Positions 16,130 through 23,795 of a DNA stretch of 36,824 bases are shown here, piece after piece (within the stretch, counting starts at the first letter, position 1; the number at the start of each line of letters is the position of its first letter). The stretch comes from Nitrospiraceae bacterium. Lineage in GTDB: Bacteria > Hydrogenedentota > Hydrogenedentia > Hydrogenedentales > SLHB01. The notes beneath the pieces were generated by a model that saw nothing but the letters and a program-made list of their open reading frames with translations, had not been told where the DNA came from and did not search any database. The DNA is taken from NCBI GenBank assembly GCA_011682535.1, contig JAACEL010000007.1, forward strand, positions 1 to 36,824, in the 5' to 3' direction. The position numbers and the translations under genes were made by a program.

Positions 16130-18922
16130 ATGCGCCTTCCAAACAAACTTCGAATTCTGGCCGCTCGCTTCGGCACGTCGCGTCCGCAGGCCGTGTCAAC
16201 AATGGATTCCGGGCGGTCTAGGAGTCGAGCGTTCGCTAGGCTGGCACGCGGTTTATGGCCGTGGATCTTCAGTGCGCTGATCATATCCATCGCTATCTTG
16301 GCGGTCTATAGCGTCCCCCGCTCCGCCTCAACCCCTGGGGGCACGGCTAGACTGTTCGGACTCCTAGATGAGTGGCACTACTATGTGCCGATGGCCCTGT
16401 TTATGGACGAAGCCATACAGAACGGCGAGTTCCCGCTATGGAATCCCCTCACCTACTGTGGCATGCCATTTGCGGCCAATCCGCAGTCATACGCCTTCTA
16501 TCCCCCCAATCTCATACGAAGCCTCTTGACCTTCAACCCATCGCCCATGAACACCCATATCGGTCTCCTGATCGTTCTTGGGTTGCACATTCTGTTGGGC
16601 GGGGTTTCCACGTTCTTTTTCGCGCGCGAACATAGGCTTGGCTTCGGCGCGTCGCTGTCGGCGGCTCTTGTGTTCATCTTCAGCGCCACGTTTGTACGCC
16701 GGGTCATGGCCATGCATCTTATCACCACCATTGTCTGGCTGCCGCTGATTCTCCTGCTCTTGCGCCGTGCTTTCATTGCGCAACGCTTTAGCTCGCGAAT
16801 GTTGTATGCGGTCGCGGCAGGAACGGCTTTCGGCATGGCCGTACTCGCGGGATTTCCCCAGGTGGTCTTGTATATGGCGTTTGCCATTATCGGCTATGGC
16901 GCCGTGTACCGCGTTCTGCATATCGGGTGGCGGGATTTCAGACTCAAGAAAGGGCTGGTCCAGCTTGTTGCGAAGGATACCACGGTTGGGGTGACCGTGT
17001 TTGTCATCGGTGCGCTCCTCGCGGCGGCCATGCTGATTCCCGGCCTCGAGGTGGCGTCGTTCAGTGAGCGCAGCCACCTGTCCAATGCTATTCCCGACCG
17101 CACGCACGCACCGTCCCGTCTGCTTAACCTGTTTGTGAGCTACATTGGCTCAGGAAGCCACCATGCGAACTACCGCTTGGCGGGGCTTGGGGCGATCATG
17201 CTGGCTTTAGCGGCATTTGCGCATCCCAGGCGGCGCGATGTAATCGTGTTTACATGCATGTTCTTGATCATGCTGGATTTGGCGCTCGGTCCGCCGCTGC
17301 CCTTCTCGAGGCTGCTGTTGAGTGTGGCGCCGTTCAAACTCAAAGACCTCACCCGGGCCTTCTTGGCCGTGGGCTTTCCACTGGCGATGTTGGTGGGCTT
17401 TGGCGTGGATGCCGTGGCCATGCGATGGCAGGCACGCGACGCAAGCCCACTGCACACGGCCTTCTTCGTGATGTTGGGCGTCTTCACATTGAAGACGTTG
17501 CATTCGACCGTCGAGGCCACCACCATCTTCTCGCCTTCGAACCTCGTCCTCGCGTTTCCCTGCGCCATCTTGGTCATCATTGCCTTGGCAGGCGGTCCCT
17601 TCCGGCGCGACGCCTTCGCAAGATTGCGCACCATGCTTTCGCGGCTGATTCCATTGCGAACCGGAAGTGCTTACGTCATCGTCTCGATGGTGCTGGCCGC
17701 ACTGGTATTTGGCGAGATCTACGTGTGGGCCAATCCGTATGTGGGCTATCTGCGCGGGCGATTGGGATACAGGGGATCTACCGCGCCGCTTTACGAGCAC
17801 TCTTCGCTGTGGAGCAGCAATTACCGCGGGGCCGACAGGCATCCCAACAAGTTCATCCTGTCCATGAGACCTTCAATAAATGGCTACGATCCCCTGTACA
17901 TTGAACGCGTCCACCGAGTCCTGAAATCGCCACACAACACGGAAATGTCGCTCAGGCCGCCCGCGGTGCTTGCTGAGAATCACCGTGGCAATCTCTTTTT
18001 GAAGCGATCCTTCTGGCTTGCACGACAGTATGTCGCGGGCCCCCTGCCAGGAGCGAATTCACTCTTCCCGGCGGCAACCACCGTATTCCTGCAGAACGTG
18101 CCGGGTGAATTGCCGGTACCAGAAGTTGCGTCTGCTGAGGTAATAGGGAAAAGCATTTCCGGCACGCCAATCCGGCAAACACTGGCAGATGAATCCAGTA
18201 TTGAGCGATGGGTCTCCAGGAGAGCGGGCAGCAAGGGCGGACTCTATCTGTCAATCCCCACCTTCGAGACACAACCCTTGCACGGCGTACTGGCGGTTCG
18301 TTTTGAGAGTAACGCCCGCGTTACCATTGAGTCCTTCTTTCGTGAAAAGACTTCTAGAGTGCCTGTGAGCGGAAAAACGTATCGCGTTAGGCCGACGCGA
18401 GACGGCGATGGTGTGCTCGAGTTTCCGCTGCCCGATTTTCGAGAGATGCGGATATCCTTGAGCGTGAAACCGACTCCGTCTGACGCAGCATTCCGGTTCA
18501 AGGAAGCGTATGTGCTCTACGACTCGAACGACGAAGACGCTCGAATCAGTATTCTGCGACGCCGTCCCAACACGGTGGACGTGCAGCTTAGCGATCTGCC
18601 TGAGCATAGGATCCTGACGTTCCTCGATAGCAGCTTTCCCGGTTGGAAGGCATTCGTGGATAACGAGGAAGTGCCCATTCTTCTGGCCAACGATGCCTTC
18701 AAAGCCATTGTCGTGCCACCTGGCACGCACCGGGTCCGGTTTGCTTTCGGGTCGAGGCCGGTATATACGGGGATTCTCGTTTCCACGGTGACGCTGCTGG
18801 CCATCTGTCTGCTGTTTGGGTGGGCGTGGAGACGCCACTCACCATCCAGTTCCCACGCGTCCTGTGAACAACCAGAAGACGATACCGCACGCGTCGGCGA
18901 TCCTGTCGCGCCCTCATTCTGA
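16130..18922 (+). CDS. YfhO-like GT-C-fold integral membrane protein (putative polyprenyl-phosphate-sugar-dependent glycosyltransferase)
   Basis: N-terminal multi-TM domain with WNPLTYCGMPFAANPQSYAFYPPNL. The C-terminal extracytoplasmic domain ends FLDSSFPGWKAFVDNEEVPILLANDAFKAIVVPPGTHRVRFAF and is followed by a last TM, as in the YfhO family. The start is uncertain: TTG 16106, ATG 16130 or ATG 16202. Confidence 0.75.
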   Translation: MRLPNKLRILAARFGTSRPQAVSTMDSGRSRSRAFARLARGLWPWIFSALIISIAILAVYSVPRSASTPGGTARLFGLLDEWHYYVPMALFMDEAIQNGEFPLWNPLTYCGMPFAANPQSYAFYPPNLIRSLLTFNPSPMNTHIGLLIVLGLHILLGGVSTFFFAREHRLGFGASLSAALVFIFSATFVRRVMAMHLITTIVWLPLILLLLRRAFIAQRFSSRMLYAVAAGTAFGMAVLAGFPQVVLYMAFAIIGYGAVYRVLHIGWRDFRLKKGLVQLVAKDTTVGVTVFVIGALLAAAMLIPGLEVASFSERSHLSNAIPDRTHAPSRLLNLFVSYIGSGSHHANYRLAGLGAIMLALAAFAHPRRRDVIVFTCMFLIMLDLALGPPLPFSRLLLSVAPFKLKDLTRAFLAVGFPLAMLVGFGVDAVAMRWQARDASPLHTAFFVMLGVFTLKTLHSTVEATTIFSPSNLVLAFPCAILVIIALAGGPFRRDAFARLRTMLSRLIPLRTGSAYVIVSMVLAALVFGEIYVWANPYVGYLRGRLGYRGSTAPLYEHSSLWSSNYRGADRHPNKFILSMRPSINGYDPLYIERVHRVLKSPHNTEMSLRPPAVLAENHRGNLFLKRSFWLARQYVAGPLPGANSLFPAATTVFLQNVPGELPVPEVASAEVIGKSISGTPIRQTLADESSIERWVSRRAGSKGGLYLSIPTFETQPLHGVLAVRFESNARVTIESFFREKTSRVPVSGKTYRVRPTRDGDGVLEFPLPDFREMRISLSVKPTPSDAAFRFKEAYVLYDSNDEDARISILRRRPNTVDVQLSDLPEHRILTFLDSSFPGWKAFVDNEEVPILLANDAFKAIVVPPGTHRVRFAFGSRPVYTGILVSTVTLLAICLLFGWAWRRHSPSSSHASCEQPEDDTARVGDPVAPSF

Positions 18923-19258
18923 CAAGCGCCCTGCCGTGCGCGATTCATCGAGAGTTGGCTATCCGGCGGCCCGTTGTTCCGGTTGCCGGGCTTGCGCGTT
19001 AGAGGCCTTTTCAGCTATCTGCTCGGTCTCCCTTGGAGGGCAGCCCCCCCGGGTGGCCACGTCCACAGCGCGTTGCCACGCGGAGGCGAAGCAGAACCCG
19101 TCCCCCTGAGAATTGATTTTTGCCCTATTGGTTGCCTACCATGGAGTTTCTGCGGAATACAGGTTCTCCAACAAGCCATCTCGTACGATCTCCGTGCAGA
19201 GTTGGAGTATTTCAAATGGCTCATTGTGGCTGCTCACTTTGTGGAAGAGGATACCCGC

Positions 19259-20992
19259 ATGGGTAATGGACAAAGCCGGATGGCCGGAGTCTTTCACGCC
19301 ATTTTATCAAACTTTCCGTATGTGGCCCTCTTGGCAGGCACCGTGTTGTGGTGTGTGGAGAAGGGGCCTATCTCGTGGCACCTATCGCATAAGTATGCCT
19401 GCATTCTGTCGATCGTAGCGGTTGCGATCACCGTAGGATTCAGCATGTTGCGCCGCTGTAACCCGGAACTGGCTTGGCCCTGGCATTGGCGGAAAATGTC
19501 GCCCAAAGGCATTTCGTCGAAGATCCTCTTTGCCGTTCTAATCTGCACGTCCATTTTCGGGGTCTTCAACTACTACAAATTCGACAAGAAAGTGTTGACG
19601 ACGGTCCGAGATTATATGGACGTTATCTACTACTACACCAACTCGAAGTACTTCGACGAGTTGGGCCACTTCGACCTCTACCCGGCGATCTTGCTGGCCG
19701 ATCAGGAAGGCCCCAACCGCTTGAAGCGCATTAGATCCTTTCGCGATCTGCGCACCTACAAGCACGTGCGGCGCACAAGCGGACTGACACCGAAACGCAT
19801 CAAGGAAATCAAGGACAACTTCTCCCCTGAACAGTGGCAGGCGTTTCAACATGACGTCAATTTCCTGACACAACACTATCGCAACTGGAAATACGTCATG
19901 GCGGATCGCGGTTACAATCCGCCAGCAACCTGGACCGTGGTTGGCGGCACGTTGAGCAGCGCCACGCCTATCGAGAAGATGAAGTATATAACGATGGTCG
20001 ATTTTGTGCTCATGGCGATCATGTTTGTCGTGATTGCCAGGGCCTATGGCATGTCCGTGATGCTGTTTGCCTTGCTATGGTACTCGCTTACGTTCAGTGG
20101 GCGGTGGCCGATCCTGGGGGAGGCGCTACTGCGCTTCGACTGGGTGGCCACTTCGATCATGGGCATCTGCATGCTCAAGATGAAACGCCACGCCATGGCC
20201 GGCGGGCTGATGACCTATGCGGCACTCAGCCGCGTGTTTCCAGCCATCTTCGTGTTCCCCTATTTCGTGCTCATGGCCCGCGATTGGATCCGCGACCGCA
20301 AACTCGCCACTGAGCACATCCGTTTTCTTGTCGGGTGTACGGTGGTTTTCACGGTTCTGTGCGGGGCCACGTATGTACGTCTTGGCCCCAAGGCTTTTGT
20401 TGAGACTGTGGAGAACCTCTCCGTCCATGCCAAGTCCTACAGTTCCCATCGCGTTGGACTTGGGGATGCGCTGGTCTATCGTGGCGAACAAGATAAAGCC
20501 GACCTCGCCAAGAGTGGTGGCATAGCTGGGAAGAAAGCCCAGGTCAACGCAATGAAGCCGCTCCTTTACGCGGCGGGGTGCGCCACATTGGCGCTCATCA
20601 TTATCTATGTGTTTCGTACGCGCCACGCCGCCTTCAATCTAATCATGCTATCGACGATTCCCCTGTTCTGCATGACCAACGCACAAACCAATTACTACAA
20701 CCTTCGGTTGATGCTCATCATCGCCCACGCGTCGGATTTGAAGCGATGGCGGAACAAGGTGGGATTGATCCTACTCTTCCTAGTCGAGACGGCCACCCAG
20801 TTCGCCATGTACAAAGGATACATGCGCTATCTCGTAACCACGGTGATGTCCTACGGAATGCTGGTCTATTTTGTGGTGCTCATCGGTTTCATGATTGCTG
20901 AGATCATCAAGCCGGACCTGGAAACAGATGAGCCTGATACGGACGATAAAGTGCCGCGCGGCGAGCCTGAATCTGAACCCGAACCGGCGTAG
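19259..20992 (+). CDS. Polytopic membrane protein, uncharacterised (possible GT-C-like glycosyltransferase), acidic C-terminal tail
   Basis: I prefer the ATG at 19259 (GGAAGAGGA upstream). It lies in frame inside track ORF 18974-20992, whose first 95 codons look non-coding. There are about 12 or more hydrophobic segments. The loop motif YFDELGHF lies at 19652-19672. This is the lowest-GC part of the window. Confidence 0.8.
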   Translation: MGNGQSRMAGVFHAILSNFPYVALLAGTVLWCVEKGPISWHLSHKYACILSIVAVAITVGFSMLRRCNPELAWPWHWRKMSPKGISSKILFAVLICTSIFGVFNYYKFDKKVLTTVRDYMDVIYYYTNSKYFDELGHFDLYPAILLADQEGPNRLKRIRSFRDLRTYKHVRRTSGLTPKRIKEIKDNFSPEQWQAFQHDVNFLTQHYRNWKYVMADRGYNPPATWTVVGGTLSSATPIEKMKYITMVDFVLMAIMFVVIARAYGMSVMLFALLWYSLTFSGRWPILGEALLRFDWVATSIMGICMLKMKRHAMAGGLMTYAALSRVFPAIFVFPYFVLMARDWIRDRKLATEHIRFLVGCTVVFTVLCGATYVRLGPKAFVETVENLSVHAKSYSSHRVGLGDALVYRGEQDKADLAKSGGIAGKKAQVNAMKPLLYAAGCATLALIIIYVFRTRHAAFNLIMLSTIPLFCMTNAQTNYYNLRLMLIIAHASDLKRWRNKVGLILLFLVETATQFAMYKGYMRYLVTTVMSYGMLVYFVVLIGFMIAEIIKPDLETDEPDTDDKVPRGEPESEPEPA

Positions 20993-21006
20993 GCGTGAAT
21001 AGCCGT

Positions 21007-22413
21007 CTATAGATATCCGAGCGCTTCGAGATCCTGCTCTTCTTTGGGCGTCAGTTTCCGATCGGGGATCGTTGTATCCAGATCCGTCTTCACCCCCGTT
21101 TCCCGCACATTCAGAAACACGTCCATTTTCCGTACAAGTTTCGATGCGACTTCCGGACGGTCAGCGACCCGATTGATCAACTCCCCGGGATCTTCGACAA
21201 GGTGGTAGAGTTCCGTGATGCCCTTGGTGCTGTGGATGTACTTGTAGGGCCATTGGACCAAGGCTGTCCGTTTCCGATCGAATCGTTTGGCGTACGGCTT
21301 GGAATTGAACTCGCGTTTACGATCGCCCATCAGGTGGTTCTCGCATAGCAGGGCGGCGCCCCCGGGCGCATGGGGGAACTGTGCGGCATGGCGTTCGGCC
21401 ATGGCCTCTGGCAAGGCCTGCAAAATCATGCGGGGAAGATGCACCAGCGAAATGGGTGAATCGACAACCTTCTTCTGCTGCTGTCCGGGATACTTGATGA
21501 GCAGCGGCACGCGGATCTCGGGTGCATACACATCCAGGCAGTGTTCGGCGAGCCGGTGTTCGCCGAAGCTCTCACCATGGTCTGAGGTAATGATGATCAC
21601 GGTGTTGTCCCAAAGCCCCAATGCTGTCAGCTTTGCCAGTAACACGCCGACCGCCGCATCGATGTGGGCGATCGCCGTATCGTACTGATCAATGACACGG
21701 CGAACCAAATCGGAGGAAATGGGGCGATCCGTTGCCAGGACGAGATTTATCAGTTTCTTGATAAGGTATTTATCCTGCGACACGGGCTCATCGATCAAGC
21801 CCGGAATGGGCGTAGTGTTATACGGACGATGCGCATCAATGTAATTGATGAAGAGGAAAAAGGGAGATCGGGCATTCGAGGTCAGCCAATTATCTATCTG
21901 TTCATTGGTCTTGGGCGCATACATCCGCTCGATGAGGCGGGTATCAAACCCTTGAAGCACCTGGCGTCCTTTGAAATTCGTGTTCGCACTGATCGCTCCG
22001 GTTGCATACCCTTCCTGAGACAATAACTCGGCCAGGGTAACATGCTTTTCAGACAGGGGGCGTACTTTGGCGATAGGCCGCCCGGTTTCGGACAGTTGCC
22101 TGAAGGCATGCGCGCCGTGCTCAAATGAATAGCGTCCCGTAAACATCGACGCATGTGTAGGAATAGTCCAGGGCGACGTCGCAAAGGTACGAAGGTACTG
22201 TGTGGCCCGTGATGCGAAGCGGTCGATACACGGTGTTGCGGGCCGTTGTGCCCCATAGCATCCCACATGGTCGGCACGGACCGTGTCGAGGACGATCAAT
22301 ACGATGTTGGGCGCAAGGCCGCTATGCCGAACGCCACACCCCCATTGGGAACCCGCGACGAAAGGCATACCGGCCAATGCGAGGTTACGCATGAATTTAC
22401 GGCGGGTCAACAT
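21007..22413 (-). CDS. Sulfatase-fold (alkaline-phosphatase superfamily) exported enzyme with Thr-type active-site motif; probably not a true sulfatase
   Basis: Tat-like MLTRRKFMRNLALAG. NIVLIVLDTVRADHVG is the first metal-binding block. The C/S-x-P-x-R position reads T-I-P-T-H (22153-22167). Later sulfatase-family blocks ITSDHGESFGEH are present. Confidence 0.85.
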   Translation of the reverse strand: MLTRRKFMRNLALAGMPFVAGSQWGCGVRHSGLAPNIVLIVLDTVRADHVGCYGAQRPATPCIDRFASRATQYLRTFATSPWTIPTHASMFTGRYSFEHGAHAFRQLSETGRPIAKVRPLSEKHVTLAELLSQEGYATGAISANTNFKGRQVLQGFDTRLIERMYAPKTNEQIDNWLTSNARSPFFLFINYIDAHRPYNTTPIPGLIDEPVSQDKYLIKKLINLVLATDRPISSDLVRRVIDQYDTAIAHIDAAVGVLLAKLTALGLWDNTVIIITSDHGESFGEHRLAEHCLDVYAPEIRVPLLIKYPGQQQKKVVDSPISLVHLPRMILQALPEAMAERHAAQFPHAPGGAALLCENHLMGDRKREFNSKPYAKRFDRKRTALVQWPYKYIHSTKGITELYHLVEDPGELINRVADRPEVASKLVRKMDVFLNVRETGVKTDLDTTIPDRKLTPKEEQDLEALGYL

Positions 22414-22519
22414 CTGTTCTTGACAGTCCTTTCATGCTGCATATTCTGCGTGTTCCGGCGATGGCGCTCACGTAGTCCCAAGGTTTCGGGCCACTTGTCG
22501 GAGCGTGCAACAATGCGCC

Positions 22520-23167
22520 CTACACCCTCCCCACCCCTGGCAGGTTGAACGTGGTGGTGTGGGGCCACACTTCCTGCTCGCGGCTGGGGGCGAGGAAACA
22601 GGTATGGCCTCGCTCCTCGTGTGGGGGTTTGTGCCAACAGACTACGCCCCGTTTGAGGAAATCTTGGCCGAGGCAGCACAGGGTGGCGGGCACTTTCTTC
22701 CCGAGACAGAGATGGAACTGGGGAATCTTCAAACCCCAGTCGATATAAGGGCTTGCAACTGCGACGCGCAGACGCGACAAGACCAGGCCGCGGAAGATCG
22801 CGGGCCGCTGGCTGGCGCTGGGCAGGTAGCGCGTGGCGTCAACGTATGGGGGAAGTGCCCGGCCTGGACCCAAGGGGCTGCGTATGGCGCGGTGACGAAC
22901 AAGCTCCTCCCATCCGCGCCATACGGCGCGGCCGACGAATGAGAAGGGCAGGTCGGGACGCACCTCGAAGAATACCTTCGGGATGGGCGTGAAGGCACGC
23001 AGGTTGCGCGGAGTGACGGGCCGGTTCTGATAGTCGACCAGGTATAGGTCGAACACGAGCCGCCTGACGCCTTGAACGCCGTCCAGAGTAAACAGGCCGT
23101 TGCCCTCGATAAACGCAGGCCCGTATTCGCCGGACTGAGGCGCGGATCGTCCAAACCGCAGACTCAT
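22520..23167 (-). CDS. Hypothetical 215-aa protein, last gene of the ATPase/kinase/receiver module; no family recognised
   Basis: In-frame ATG at 23167-23165 inside track ORF 22520-23449. Its A is shared with the receiver gene's TGA (TGATG). GGAGAGGAGAG lies upstream. From this Met on, composition and GC3 are coding-like (MSLRFGRSAPQSGEYGPAFIEGNGLFTLDG...). The upstream 94 codons are Arg/Gly/Pro-rich and overlap the receiver gene. Confidence 0.7.
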   Translation of the reverse strand: MSLRFGRSAPQSGEYGPAFIEGNGLFTLDGVQGVRRLVFDLYLVDYQNRPVTPRNLRAFTPIPKVFFEVRPDLPFSFVGRAVWRGWEELVRHRAIRSPLGPGRALPPYVDATRYLPSASQRPAIFRGLVLSRLRVAVASPYIDWGLKIPQFHLCLGKKVPATLCCLGQDFLKRGVVCWHKPPHEERGHTCFLAPSREQEVWPHTTTFNLPGVGRV

Positions 23168-23793
23168 CAGGCGCTCTCCTCTCCGGGAATTTCGATCACA
23201 TCGGGGAAATCGGGCCAGTTGGGATGGGTATCCATCTTGTCGTTGTAGCGCACGAGCGCTTCGAGGCGATTGGTTCCGTGGGCGACCACGCGCTTGCCCA
23301 CGAGAACGATGAACTCGCCCGGGTATTTGTCTTCCCACTTCGCGTAGTTGCGGGCCATCAGTTCCTCGACCTCTTCCTTGCGCTTGAGGTCGGCCATCTG
23401 ATCGAGGAAGATCTGCTCGATCCGGGTACCCAGATCGGCGGGATCGCATTTGCGCTTGCAGATGAAGTCGCTGGCGCCGAACTGGATCGATTTGATGATG
23501 TTCGAGTCGCTGTCATACTCGGAGAAGACGATGATGGGATCGCCGGGGAAGCGGATCGTGCGATCCAGGATCACGCGGAGCCCGCAGACGGGAAACCTCC
23601 CTTTGACCAGTTCAAGATCGACGACGACCAGATCGAACCGTCTCTCGTGAAAGCCCTTTTTCAGGTACTCCGATGGCCCAGAAGCCACGGCCACGGTAAA
23701 GTCGAACCGCGTCGAATCGAGCAGGCTGGCCTCGATGGCGGCGGACGCGTCTACATCATCCTCAACAACCAGAATGGATTTCTTCTCGGGCAT
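23167..23793 (-). CDS. Response-regulator receiver protein with about 70-aa non-HTH C-terminal domain (DUF5678-like by memory)
   Basis: ATG at 23793 with AAGGAGG 7 nt upstream. The track start at 23799 is a GTG. Receiver signature: ILVVEDD, phospho-acceptor D59 in DLVVVDL (codon 23617-23619), IIVFSEY, DFICKR. The tail is YAKWEDKYPGEFIVLVGKRVVAHGTNRLEAL. Confidence 0.85.
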   Translation of the reverse strand: MPEKKSILVVEDDVDASAAIEASLLDSTRFDFTVAVASGPSEYLKKGFHERRFDLVVVDLELVKGRFPVCGLRVILDRTIRFPGDPIIVFSEYDSDSNIIKSIQFGASDFICKRKCDPADLGTRIEQIFLDQMADLKRKEEVEELMARNYAKWEDKYPGEFIVLVGKRVVAHGTNRLEALVRYNDKMDTHPNWPDFPDVIEIPGEESA

Positions 23794-23795
23794 CC

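Noticed and set aside
22520-22700. Possible 2H-phosphoesterase (H-x-T/S-x twice) or HEPN (R-x5-H) motifs in the 215-aa protein: FHLCLG, PHTTTF and RGVVCWH.
   Set aside because: The first candidate has Cys rather than Thr/Ser. The spacing is too short. The second lies in the last ten or so residues. Such short patterns arise by chance. They are not enough to name a family.
23168-23449. N-terminal 94 codons of track ORF 22520-23449.
   Set aside because: This part overlaps the receiver gene out of frame and is Arg/Gly/Pro/Gln-rich. A start-stop coupled ATG with an SD at 23167 gives a compositionally normal protein.
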